64,000 bases of DNA from Phaeosaccion multiseriatum (lineage: Eukaryota > Protista > Ochrophyta, other classes). The position numbers and the translations under genes are program-made. The notes under the pieces are model-generated. The model had not been told where the DNA came from. It searched no databases and saw only the letters and a list, made by a program, of their open reading frames with translations. Positions 1 to 12,708 of this stretch are shown in pieces (the stretch's first letter is position 1; each line of letters starts with the position of its first letter). The DNA lies in the NCBI GenBank assembly GCA_965112735.1, contig OZ218964.1, forward strand, positions 1,736,001 to 1,800,000, in the 5' to 3' direction.

Positions 1-2567
1 CTCTGTCCGAGTGCGCTTCAGGGCAGCCATGGTGATCCCCGCGATGAGCACAAGGGACAGCGCCGCCGCCGCTACCGACACGCCGATGATAACTCCCTGC
101 CTGTCGCCGTCTGAGCTGTTGCCCTGGGCGCTGGTGGCCACGCTCACATCCTCCAACTCATCATCCGGGACTGCCTCCGCGCTGGGGGTGGGAGAGGGAG
201 TGGTGGAGCCTCCCCCACGAGGAGTCACCGGTGCGGTTGTGGGAGGGTTCGTCGGTGTTGGGGGTGACGGGCTCGGAGACGCCCCTCCTGCCGGCGCCGG
301 AGTAGAAGAGCCACCGCCACCACCGGGTGCTGGTTCCTCCTCCTCCTCCTCCTCCTCCTCCTCCTCCTCCTCTTCCCCCTCCGCTGGGGCAGGGGTGGCA
401 TCGGCGTCTGCGTCCTCTGACTCGTCTGCTGCTACCGGTGCCGGAGTGGGGCTGGCCACCACGGGTGCAGAGGTCTCCGCTGCAGCTTCTGGGGACGGGG
501 TGGAGAAGTTGCCCTCGACTTCGGCAAAGATGTCAACGTCCTCACAACTGGCGTAGGGGCAGGGCAAGGACAGGAACGCTACTCCGGGCACATCCAAGTC
601 GTTGAAAGGCACGAATGACAGAGCGAAGATCTCTCCGTTTCGAGTTTGGGCGAAAGACGCAATGACCGGCACAATGGGCTCTGCGACGTTGGACCACATT
701 TCTTGCAGAAACATTTTAGATTCGGACGCCCTCCCCAGGCGGCCCAGCACCGCGGTTGCGTAGTCCGCCACAAAGTAGGATCCGTAGTAGACGTCTCGGA
801 AGGCGTTGCCGCGGTAGACGTAGCCACCCGTGACCGACTTGCCAAGGAAGGGGGAGTCGTCCTCGCAAATTTCTCCAAACCCGATCTCAATGTTCTGCTC
901 CTCGGACATGTGACAGTATTGGAAGAGGGAGAAGGTAGTGGAGTCATCCTCGAGAAGATCCTCGCAGGTGACTTCATCCGCCGCCTTGTTGCAAACCGAA
1001 CCCTCAAAAATGGGCCAGCCGTAGTTCGCTCCCGCACGAACAAGCACTACTTCCTCCACTTTGCTCCCCCCCACGTCGCCGCACAGCAAGTCTCCATTGG
1101 CCAGGTCAAAGCTGCATCTCCAAGGATTGCGAAGGCCCCATGCCCAGATCTCCGGGCTCGCGTTGCCCCCTGCCACTACTTGGTTTCCTGGCGGGATGGT
1201 GTACGGTGCCGCTCCTTCCGCCAGGTCGGACGATACGCGAATCCGAATCATTGCCGAGTTGAGATTCTGAATGTCCTGTCCATTGTTTTCGGGGTCGTCG
1301 CGTTGTCCGCCATCGCCCGACGAAATGTACAGATCCCATTCGTCGTCGTCGCCGCTCAGCGTACTGGGGGGCTTGAAGCCTATCCAGCCGCCATTGTGAT
1401 TGTTTGCGGGGCTAGGAATGTCCAAGATTGTCACCTCGGAATCTACAGTGGCCTGTGGGTCGCCCTCCGTGTACACCATTCGCGCGACGCGCGTAATCAT
1501 GGCATTTTCGTCCACCACATTTGTTTCAAAGGTGGAGTAGCAGATAAAGAAGACGTTGGACTGAGCAAAGTCCGGCGCAAAGGCCAGGCCCAAAAAGCCC
1601 CTCTCGCCGAAGACTTCCAAGGGAGGAAGAGTCGTGTCCCGGTCGAAAATCAAAACAGAGGAGGTCACGTCTGCCCTGTGCTCAATTTCCTCCACCTTCC
1701 CCGCTTGAGAGATCATCCACCACGCGTCCTTGACGGGGTGGTAGTAGGCACCGACCACATACTTTGTTCGCTGGTCGAGAGGCCAGAGAGGAAAGATGTC
1801 TTCCAGCAAGCCACTCGCCGCCTCAGTCTGCACGTCCTCCAAGTTCAGCGGGTAAGTGTAGACAATGTCATCCACGAGTCCATCGCAAAAGCCCTCCGAC
1901 AGCCCCAGGTCGTCCCAGTGCCCGTCACAGGCGTCCAGGTAATCATCGCAAAAGCTCTTCTTCAGCGTCATGCCCTGCCCGTGAGGAGTTAGATGAACGC
2001 CCCAAGGATGGCACGCTCCACAGACGTACTGCATGTGGTGGTCCTGGCACGAGGCGCTGAGCGAGGACGCTACGGCCTCAGGGAGCTGACGGGCAATCTC
2101 TCTGTCTTGCGCCACCGTACAGCACGACCCTGACAGGGGTATTTATTGAGATGGGGCAAAAGGAGGAGATGGGGGAGGTACACGGGTGAGGAGAGTGTGC
2201 GGTAAGGAGGGGGGCGGCAGCAGCAGCACCAAGAGGGTGTGGGGGGCGAATGGAGGAGGAAGATGAGAGGAACAGTTCTTCGATACCACGGAGGATGAGT
2301 CATTTGATACCAAGTCTCTGCAGACGCTACCTACAGCCTCGACCCAGAAAAGCCTTCCGTAATGCACAGCAACATCAACACACGGCAATCCAGCAGCCCT
2401 GCCTGCGACAGGCTCGCGCTTTACTCACCATCGGGCATGTCATTGATGTAGGTACAATAGTCCAGTTCCACGCCGGTGACCGGGAAATTATAAGTCACGA
2501 GACATTGCGGGTGCCCGTCGCTGACGACCACGCCCCCGATGAGCAAGAGACCTGCGTAGACTCGCAT
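1..2567 (-). CDS. HHIP-like / HIPL-type protein (Cys-rich N-domain + glucose/sorbosone dehydrogenase beta-propeller + P/T/E stalk + TM helix); 3' end beyond window
   Basis: Exon 1 2567-2429 encodes signal peptide MRVYAGLLLIGGVVVSDG then HPQCL. GT-AG intron 2428-2130. Exon 2 is open to position 1: GSCC...CGACHPW, GERGFLGLAFAPDF, NHNGGWIGF, GDGG, WAWGLRNPWRCSFD, GDVG, NYGWP, then a stalk and GVIIGVSVAAAALSLVLIAGITMAALKRTR. Confidence 0.85.
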
Positions 2568-2983
2568 GGCGGTGGAGCGACGCCGACCTCCGGCTGCCCA
2601 GCCCCAGTCGTACCCACCGGCAAAGGTTCTGAGCTGGCCACTTCCGAAAGAAATAAGAAGCCCTTCGTCACCCACACACGCACCCCTTTTCGCAGCTTGT
2701 CTACTGCTCGCTGCTGCTCCTGCTGCTGCTGCTGTCTTCTCTTACAGGGAGTGAAGGAAGGAGAGCGCGATTGGCCGCACTTCGATCAGTGCCCGCCTCC
2801 TCTTGCTGTAAAACACAGGATTTATACACGTCCACGAGGGGCTCAGCGGAAATCTAGCCTCTCAACGGAGGAAACTGAAACTTTCTCTCAACAATGGATT
2901 TCGATTTTGATGACGAAGAAGGGCCCGAAAAAGCGTTGTTTTCTCATAATGGATGACAAACGAAGTACCCCATGACAATGAAA

Positions 2984-3206
2984 TCGGCCCCATGCGAGGT
3001 TTCTCTGGCTTCGGGCTTCTGGCCGCAGGCCAGCGCTGGCTTCTCAGCTTTCGGCCGTATGGCGCCTCTAACTTCTCCCTTCTCTCTTTCCCGCTGGTGA
3101 CTGGCTTCTGCTGGTCGCAGCCCAGCCCCTGGCTTCTTGCTTTCGGCCGCAGGCCGCCTCTGGCTTCTCGAAACCCCGGAACCAGAGAAACCTCGCATGG
3201 GGCCGA
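2984..3206. mobile_element. MITE-like non-autonomous DNA transposon
   Basis: Perfect 25-bp terminal inverted repeats TCGGCCCCATGCGAGGTTTCTCTGG; internal repeated GGCTTCT motif; non-coding. Confidence 0.8.
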
Positions 3207-3649
3207 TGGAAAAACACATTGCTCACCTCAAAGACACCACCACAACCCAACGGACCCCCCCCCCCTTCCACCCCAAACTATTGTTTTAGCGAGTTTGAGC
3301 ACGCGCATCGTGTTGCCCTCGTCGAGACAAGTCGAATGCCGGCATCGTTGCCTTCTGCAACCTCTATCATTCAGTTCCACGGCCCTGCAGCGTGTGGAGG
3401 CCTACCAAACTGAAACTCCTGTTTCTTACGTAAGGGCCATGCGGGTCTTACATAAGGGTGTCTTGCAGCCCAGAGGGCCCTCCCTCCCCCACCCCCCCTA
3501 AAGTGCCTCCATCGCCGAGTTGAGTCGTTTTTGGTACGCTCCCCAGGTAGGGGTGGGCAAGGGGAGTGCCACACCCTCAGAGTCTTTTGTAACATTAGTG
3601 GCACTTCACTTCGGTGAGTGGTTACTCTTGCTTCACGCCATTTTAGCTC

Positions 3650-6600
3650 CTATCCCTCCTTCAAGCTCCTGCTCATCTGCTGCTGCTGCTGCACGAGGCG
3701 GCCCTGCAGCTTGATGGTAAAGCTGGGAGTGGGCTGGTGCGGCTGGGCAAGCCCGCCCCGGGGGAGCACCGAAACCGCGCCTGGCTCCGCGCCATCTCCC
3801 CCGGCCCCGGCACCCCACCCTCCGACCCCTCCTTGCTCTAGGTGCTCTTCGACTGGGCCATAGTCACCCCCAGTCTCCGCCTCGCCCCAACCCCCTCCGG
3901 CCTTGGCACTCCTATTCAGCTCCTTGGCAAAAGGGTACTGCCTCCAGTCTCGGCGCACCCAGTCTCGCCGCCGGCCCCTGTGCACCACCCACCCCTGTAC
4001 AGTCTTGGCCACTTCCAGCAAACCCCCCTTCCGCCAGTCCTTCTCCTTGGGCTGTGCTACTTGCTCCAACGCAGGCGGTGTTGCGTTACCCCACAAGTCT
4101 CGATACAGCTGCAGGAGCAGGGTCCGAAACGACTGGTTGTACGCAGAGCCCTCCGTCATGAGCTCCCAGATTAGCTCTGCGATTTCCGCAGAGTCTGGAA
4201 ACTCGGACGGCAGGGGCCGGTCGGCGCGATAGCTGGCCTGGCCTGGACCAAGGGGGCGGAAGAACGTCCGGCGCGTCCAGGCTGTGGGGAGGGGCATATG
4301 GGTAAGGAGGGGCGTAGACAGGAGACAGATGAGCGTAGAAGGGGTTGCGAGCAGAGAGGCCCCAGAGTATACATACAGGGGTAAGTATAGAGGGAAGGCA
4401 GTGACAGTGATTGTGAACCGCGGAATGTATCAATAGCGTGTCTTCAATCCCGAAACTTGGGGATCACACATACAGAGAGAGAGAGAGAGAGAGAGAGCGA
4501 GATGGAGAGAGAGAGAGATCGGCAGAGAGAGAACGAGAGCAGAAGAGAGAGAGGGGGAAAGATCGAGATGCAAGCAGAGAGAGCGAGGGAGCGAGAAAGA
4601 GGCATACAGACAGAAAGAAGGAACACAGACAGACAGACAGACATACATACATACATACATACATACATACATACATACATACAGACAGACGACAGACAGA
4701 CAGAAAGACAGATAGACAGACAGACAGAAAGAACGACAGGAGACAGAAAGATAAAAGGGGGTGGATGCACTCACGATCGCAGCAGCCGTGCATGGGGTCG
4801 TCGGAGGAGAAGCGCGCCATGTGCGGGGCCCGAGGGGGACGGCGCTCCAACGCATCCAGCAGCACGCTCACCGCACCCTCCCTCATTCTGTCGTCCGTCT
4901 CCTGCTGGACCAGCCGCAGCGTCCACAAGAGCGCGGCCGATAGCCCCGACGCCTTGTCAGCCTGCTCCGCCAGCCGACGCTTGACCTCCTCCCCGCCGCC
5001 CTCTCCGTTACTGCCGCCTTTGTTGTTGTTGGTCCCCGTCACTCCTTCTTCCCCACTGCTGCGCTTTATTCTGTGCAGCTCTGCCGCCATGTCCTCAGCA
5101 AGGTAGTAGCGAATTACGCACTGCACCGCCACCACCCGCACCCCGAGCGGGTAGGCGGGAGAGGCGTAACCGAAAAAGTTGACGTGGTGGGGCGACTTGT
5201 CCCCTCCGTTCCCCTGGGCCGCCGTCGTGGCTGATGGTGATGATGATGACGATGATGATGGTAAGCCGCTCCTACCATCGCCAGCACCATCACCAGCACC
5301 AGCATCAGCATCAGCATCAGCACCGTACACAGCAGACGAGGAAGAGGCACCACCACCTCCAGCTCCATCTGTGCCTCCACCCCCCTCCGCTTGGCCCATC
5401 CCTCCTCGCAACAAGGCCAACTCACTGAGGGCGTGCAAGGCGCACGCCGTAACGACGCTGTTGTGACTGCCTCGAAGGGCGTCCCACTCCAGATACCGCC
5501 TTGCCTGCCCCATGGCCTCGTCCAATGCGCCATCTGTTAGTCCCGCCTCTTTGGCGTTGGTGATCTGTCCTAGCGACACCAGCACCAGGGCTGATGGAAG
5601 AGGCGGAGGGCGGAGGGATGGGGGAGGGAAGAGGAAAGGCGGAAAAGCAAAGCGAGCAGAAGCAATACGAGGATGAGTGAGTGAGTGAGTGAGTGAGTGA
5701 GTGAGTGAGTGAGGGAGTAAGTAAGTCAACGAGGAAGGGAGAGACAGGAGGGGGTTCAACACTCTCCACTGGCACCAGACAGCAAAATCCTCTTCTAAGC
5801 CCTACTCACCGATGTAGTAGTCGTCGTCCACGTTGTTTTCCGAGTTGTCGTTCTCCTTGAGCAGGCGGGTCAGGAGGGACAGCACCTCCACTGGGGTGCA
5901 GCCATTGGCGGCCTTGACATTGGCCATGCTCCAAACCATTGCCTTCTTGAGTCGATACTCGCCGCCCCGCTCCAGAAAGACGTCTGTTCCCTTGCTCCCT
6001 GCTGCGGCGGAAGCGCTGCTGCCAATGCCGCGCCCACGCCCTCCTTTGCCGTCCTCAGATAAAAAACCACCGCCACCACCACCGACCCCACCCCCTCCCC
6101 TTCCTCCACCTCCTCCTCGTCCTTCGCTTCCCCCCACCCCACTCTCCCTTCTGCTCTGCTCTTCCTCCGCTGAACCCCCCCCACTGCCGCCCACTGCTGC
6201 GTCGTCCTCAAACAAATTGGGCAGAATGGTGTCGTTGGCGATAAATCTCTCCGAAAAGGCCTGCAAGAGGAGGTTCAGCCCCTTCCATGCTGTGCCCCCC
6301 GAGGCCTGAAGTTGCACCCCAGCCGTGGCCGGAGCATGCCAGTTCTGCCAGCAGGCGAGCGCCTCTGCCGCCTCTGTCCGCACACAAACAGCGTGCTCTT
6401 GCTCGCGATGCGCAACGCACCCCCTCAAACACTCCCCAATGGCTCGTACAGGCAGCAAATTGGGCTTCTCGAAAGGGTAGGGGAGCTCGGCCATGCCTGT
6501 AGTAGGGCAGTTGGTAATTCAGTTCGTGTCAGTTTGTGTTCGCGTCTCGGAGATAGGTCGGGTATAATGCAATCGAGACGCTCAAGTCGGTTGAAAACAA

Positions 6601-9600
6601 CAAACACGCCATGGGGACATGGAGTGGAGGAAGGGGGGTTCGCCTGTGTTCCCGCCCCTTCCGCCGTTCCATCCACCAGCTTTTGGGTACCCACTTCTAC
6701 TCTGTGCTGCTCTTTCTCTCGCCTCCTGTCCTCCCCCCTTCCGTGGCCACTTACTCACCCCACAGTGCCTCCACTTGAATGCGAGCGTCGGGGTCGCCGA
6801 ACAGCTGCTCCACCCACTGAAAGTCCGGCTTGCGCATCGATATCTGCCTGATCCAGCGCATCTCGGGATCGACTTTGACCCACAGGATGGGCGTCAGGTT
6901 GCGTTGTTGAGCCTCCACGAGGGAGGGAAGATCTTCCAGGGCATCGCCGCCTCCCTCCCCTGCCACCTCCTTGGCATTTTTTCTCTTCTTCTTGCCATTC
7001 ATCTTATCGCCGTCCACCTCTCCTGCCTTGTCTCCTCCTCCCCCTCCTCCTCCTCCTCCCCCTCCTCCTCCTCCGTCCCCCACGCCCTTTGGTTTGCCCC
7101 CGCCAGGCCCGTCGCCCTTGGCTCCACCCCCAACACCCTCCTTGTCTTTCTTGCTCATCCTCGCTCGCCTTCGCATCTTCCCCTTGGCCAGGTGTGTGCA
7201 CGTCGCAACAGACGGCCCCGTCATGACGGTGTAAGTTACGCTGTCGTCGATCTCTCGAATACCCACGGTGAGAGAGCCCGTGAAAATGCCCGAGGGACCC
7301 ACGGGGGCGATTTGGTCAATCACAATCTCCATTGTCTGCTTGCACAGGACAGGACCAAGGACCGCAGGACAAAGGGGCGGGGGGCGGGGAGGGGGGGAAG
7401 AGGCAGAGCAGCATGAGAAAGCTGAACACCGAACGAAGTGAAACCGGTAAACAAGGCGGCCTCCGGGTGATGTAAAAGCGACGTCCCCATACCAACTTTC
7501 CCTCTAGAGAGACAAGTAAGAAAAAGCACAGCGGCATACCTTGGTGCGCTTGTTGTAATTGACACCGCTCTTGAAGAACGCCGAGCCCTGCCCGTGTAGC
7601 CACATGAGCACGGCCTGGTCCAGATCCTTCTCCCCGTGGCCGTGGATAAAGGTCTTGACCGTCTTGAGAAACTTCTTCTCCCCCCAGAGAGCTTTCTCCG
7701 GCATGGGCCACGGAACGTGCTCCCGCTCTTTCTCCGCTTTGCTCCCACCTCCTCCTCCTCCTCCTCCTCCCCCCCCTCCTCCTGCCCCTCCTCCCCCGCC
7801 CGTCTTCCCCCCGTCATCAGCAGCAGCAGCAGCAGCCCCCTTGCTGGCTCTCCTCTTCTCCTTGGCTCGAAAGTCCCGATACGACTTGATGAGCGCCGCG
7901 CCCCCCTCCACATCGTCCCCTTTCTCCAATACTTCCCTTACGCTGGCCTCAAAGTGCTCAGGCTTGAGGCAGGACTCCATTACAGCCATCGACAGACCAC
8001 CCTTGGCCTGCTGGAACGACACCATATCCTGGGTGGGGGTGGTCGGTTGGTGGGGGGGGGGGGGGTAAGGAGTAGTTGGTGGGGAGAGGGGAGGAGGATA
8101 TGGGCGACGGCAAACTTGCTTGCAGCCAAGCTCCGTCAACGGTCGGTGGCAAACCCTCCCTCCTACTCCACTGCGACCTTACTCTCACGCACCGGCTCCA
8201 AGTTGTCCAAAATGTATGCGTCCGGCATGGGCGGTAAGATGCAGGGGTCATCAAGATCCCTGTTGAGCTGCACCACCCTCTCCACCAGTAGTGACACCCG
8301 GCACTGCTCCTGCTCCTCCCCGCCCACCCCCGTGGACTGCTGAAGCCACTTGCCGGCCAGGTGTCGCACCAACCCGTGGTGGATCCAGGCATCTGCCCCG
8401 CCCTTAAGTCGCACGACTGTCTGCACCCACCCTCGGATAAGTCCTTCCACGGTGGTCAAGCGACCGCCCCCCGGGAGATCGGACTCGGGAATGCGAGGCC
8501 CGCAGAGAAGCTCGGCAGACACGAGCAGCAGGCGGCCGAAGGGGGCGCAGGGCTGCTTCAGACCGTGCACAAAGGCCACGTGGCACTCTGCGAAGGGATA
8601 CTCATTGGCGAGGAGCTGCTGCAGCCAGCGGATGGTGGCGGGCAAATGCCTTAAGGTATGGGCCACCTCCTTCTCCCGGCTGATGCTGCTCCCATGCCTT
8701 CTGCGCCCCCTTCCCCTTCGGCCAGCATCTCTGGGTGGAGGTAAGTACCACCCCTTGACTGCACCGGCACTCCATCTCCGGAAGGGCCCCACTACTAGGC
8801 CTACTGCGTTGGCGTGTGTGAGCTGCTCCGTCACCAGGTGATACAGGCGGCCCTTCGTTACCCGCCCTTTCCCGCTGCTGCTGCTGCTGCTGCCACCGTT
8901 TCCAATCTCTCTGCCATCTGCATCTGGGCGCTTTCGTTTCCGACCCCCGTGCATCCCGTTCCCTACTGAGTGTGTCTCCGTGGCCTCCGGAGTACCGTTC
9001 CCTATCCGCTGGGACCCTGCTGCCCCCCCCTTCCGCTCACCCTCTTCCTCTACCTCCACGCCTCGTTCGCTGAGTGTCACTCCGTTGAAGATAGGTATCA
9101 CCTTCCCCTCTTCCTCCTCCTCCTCCTCCTCGTCCTCCTCTCCCTCCACTTCCCCCTGCCCCAGCCTCGTCGTCGTCCTACCATCGCCCAACACTGTCAA
9201 CTCAACCTCGAAGATGGTTTGCAGAGACGTACAATCCAGGCACGGAAACCAAGACCGCGCCCCATCAAAGTTAAGCGCCGCAGCAGAGTAAGTCGTGAAC
9301 ATGTGCTGGGCCGGACACCCTGCCTCCCCACCACTCGTATTGTCGGCACTTCGAAACAGGACGCCCGACTTGGGCTCGTTGAGCGTGAATGTCACCTCCA
9401 CCTTGATGATTCGATCGTCAATGTCTGCGCTGTGGTGGGCGACACAGTCGATGGCCTCGCAGGTGCCCTGGTGTCTGGTCAGGGCCACCGGAGGCGCGTG
9501 GGGGGGGAGCGGCGGCGGGCATACGGGCACCAAGGGAAAGGTGCCTGCTTCCGAGGCGGACCCAAAGGCGGACCCAGCCCCGCCCCCCCCTCCCGGCCGT

Positions 9601-10059
9601 CTCAGACTAATCTCCAGCTCCCCGTCGTCGGCCTGAGCCAAGGCCCACAGCTCCCCTCGGTAGAAGTTGTCGAAGGCCTCTGCGTCTCGGTAGGCAGGGA
9701 AGACCACCTCCTTAAGAGGGTCTCTGTGGGTGAAGGATGCAGACACGTCGTTGATGGTCACCTTCTCAACGACGCACTGGCGGCAGTGCAGATGCAGCTT
9801 CTCCGCGTGCTTGCCGTTCTCATGGGCGATCCACAGGGTGGAGGTTCCCCGGATCTGGCGCTGCACAGGGTCCAATTGGAGCACCAGTCGCTGTGATCGT
9901 CATGGAGGAGAGGAGGGCAAGAGGAAGGGGTTGGGGTCCGCGTGTGTTTCCCAATGCCTCTCCAACCCCTTCTCTCCAAGACCATGGTAGTCTCCCTTAC
10001 ACACTCACTTGATAGGCCACGTCCAGCTCTCCGCCGCGATTGCCATGTTCCCCTTCCAT
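3650..10059 (-). CDS. TAF2: Transcription initiation factor TFIID subunit 2 (M1 aminopeptidase-like fold)
   Basis: About 7 exons. Exon 1 10059-10009 MEGEHGNRGGELDVAYQ joins 9890 RLVLQLDPVQRQIRG...LHLHCRQC. Further motifs: DGARSWFPCLD; ILWVKVDPEMRWIRQI...QWVEQL...IQVEAL; ENDNSENNVDDDYYI. Last exon 4281-3650 LIWELMTEGSAYNQSFRTLLLQLYRDLWG matches the TAF2 C-terminal motif. Internal exon limits approximate. Confidence 0.9.
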
Positions 10060-10314
10060 ATAAACCTGTCCAAAGGTGTGGATTACAAAGTTACCATCAA
10101 CGATACTGGGACCTTCTCTCCATCTCCTGGCCTGTTTCTACCACCGAAAGCTACGCACTCATCCAGCCGCGTTGCGTTGCTGTTGCTTCTGCTGCTACTC
10201 CGTACAAGCAAGAGGAAGACAGAAGAGGGAAGAGGAGCCCCGATGCCCGTATGCTTCCATCCAGTAGCCCTCCTCTCCCTGCGACCATCACCAAGCCAAA
10301 GCCCCAGCAGCCCC

Positions 10315-11635
10315 ATGCCGCACACTAACCGTGAGCAGCGAGCTGAAGATCATCGCAAGAAGAGGAGGTTGAATACGAATGGAGGCTTCGGCTTCGGCGA
10401 CGATCAGCAGCAGCAGCAGCACGGGCGAAGACAGGGCTATGGAGGGGGCCGTGGAGGCCAGCAGCAGCAGAACGAGGCGCCGCGCAAGGGGAAGCCGAGC
10501 ATCAAGAATCAAATACGAAGCATCAGACGGCAGATGGGAAGGGTGAGAGTTTGGGTGAATGATCGAATGGGTGCTGGTTAGGTTGGCCTGGAGGAGGGCT
10601 TGCTCTTCTGCGAGCTTAGTGGATGGTGCGACGGGACGAGGAGAAGGAATGTGGAATGTTTGGCTGTGACGGCACGAAGTGTGTGGATCGAGTACGAGTA
10701 GAGGACCTGGCCTTGGGAAGGACTCAACCCCCCCTCCTCTCCTCTGCCCCTTGACCTCTCATCGCACCAAACGTGCCTTTACAGCAAGGCATAGAGCCCA
10801 CCAAGAAGGCGGAACTGGAGGCGAGGCTGGCTGAGCTGGACCAGGCAGCCGCCAATGTAAAGAGGGTGGAGGTGGAGAGGGAGCACGCGACGAGGTAAGG
10901 TGGGGGGGCTGTGAAGATCTGAAGCTGTAGAGGTAATGGGGAAGAAAAAAGGGTACGCCCCGTGAGATACCTTGTGACCCTGAGTTGGCTCTCCCTTGTT
11001 GTGTTTGTCCTTGTGAGTAGGTACCACAAGATTAAGTTTATCGAGAAGCAGAAGGTGGCCAGGAAAATACACAAGCTGACCGGAGAGATGGAAGCAGCAA
11101 AGGCGGATACGAGCAGCAATGGAGCTAGTCAGGAGGAAATGGCGCAGCGAATGGAGAGACTGAAGGACGATTTACGCTACATCGTGTACTTTCCAAAGGT
11201 CGAGAAGTATATTTCCCTGTTTGGCAAGGCAGGAGAAGGAGAGGAAGGAGAGGCAGGAAAAGATGAGCAGCACCCGCAGGAGCAGGAGGAGGACGAGGAG
11301 GAGGGAGAGGCGAAGAAGAAGAGGAAGAACAAGAGGAAGCGAAGCGAGACAGCGTCTGCGGAGGAGAAGCGCCAACGGAGGGCAGAGGCTCTACGGGCCG
11401 GGGTGGACGATAAAGACGAGACTCTTAAGGAGTTTCTTAAGCGAAGTGAGCACTGGAGCAAGGGCAAGAAGCGAGGGAGGGGGGAGGGGGGCGATGAAGC
11501 CTTCAAGCCCAAACTCAAGGCGCAGAGAGCGATTTGGAGTGACAGTGACGACGAAGGGGCAATAGCAGCCGGACGTGTGGAGAATGAACATGATCAAGAC
11601 AGCCGCAGCGAGGACGAGGTTGAGGCTGGTGCTGG

Positions 11636-11701
<66 letters not shown>

Positions 11702-12575
11702 CAGTGGGGAGGAGAGCGGGGAAGACGATGGTGAGACAGGCAGCGGTAGAAGCAGCGAGGCTGTGGGAGGAGGCGTCAAGATGGATTGGTTGGCGGAGGA
11801 GGCCAAGGGACTGCTTAGCGATGACAGTGAGGAGGATGATGATGAGGAGGAGGAGAAAGAGGGATTTTCTAGTAGGGCTAGCTTGCTAGGGAATGGCCGC
11901 GCCCAGAGGGGGAGGGTTGAAAGTGATGACAGCGAGGAAGACGCTGAAAGTGACAGTGAGGAAAAGCAAGACATTAGGAAGGACGAGGATGAGACCACCG
12001 CCGAGAAGGGAAATACACCTCAGCCAGGACCATCCAAGCGAGCTTCGAAACCCTCTCAACACAGCAGCAACAGCAGTGATGACGATAGCAGCAGTAATGG
12101 CAGTAGTGACGACAATGACAGTAGCAGCAGTGGCAGCACTAGCAGTAGCGATGAAGACGAGAAGGATGAGAAGGACAAGGATGGTAGCAGCGACAGTGAC
12201 GACGACGATGATGACGAGACTGAAGGAAAGCCTGTCAAGTTGAATGACGACTTCTTTTTGGAAGAGGCACCCCCGGTAAGCAAAAGCGGTGTGTTGGGAG
12301 CGGGAGATTCAAGCAAGCAGCACACCGGGAGGGGCGGCGGAGGAAGGGGGGCAAGAGGGGGAGGACGAGGTAGCTTCAGAGGAAGAGGCGGGTTCAGAGG
12401 GAGGGGAGGAGGCGCGAGAGGAGGGGGTTTTGGCGCGGGCAGGGGACGGGGGTGGGGAGGGCAGAGAGGGGGGGGCAGGGGAGGGAGGGGCGAGGCCTAT
12501 GGGGCTAGAGGAGGGAGAGGAGGAGGAGGAGAAGGCGGCAGAGGACGAGGGAGAGGAGGGAGGGGGCAGTGGTAG
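10315..12575 (+). CDS. EFG1: rRNA-processing protein Efg1 with long acidic tract and RGG tail
   Basis: Exons 10315-10542, 10785-10894, 11021-12575 (630 aa, frame consistent). Motifs SIKNQIRSIRR, RYHKIKFIEKQK, DLRYIVYFPKVEKYISLF, DDFFLEE. Confidence 0.85.
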
Positions 12576-12708
12576 TTAGTGAGGGGTGCTCACTGCACAC
12601 TCTGCTACTTGATTAAACAAGTCTTTACCTCTCTATTTTACTTTGCAGGCACATCTTTCTGTTTTGCTTTGTTTTTCACTTTCACGTCGCTCTACTGTAG
12701 TACTGTAA

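Noticed and set aside
646-1992. 448-aa plus-strand ORF
   Set aside because: Antisense shadow of the HIPL-like exon in GC-rich coding DNA; no recognisable motifs.
3650-4297. Apparent standalone 215-aa orphan ORF
   Set aside because: It is the last TAF2 exon; the splice from 4775 to 4281 is in phase and the motif matches.
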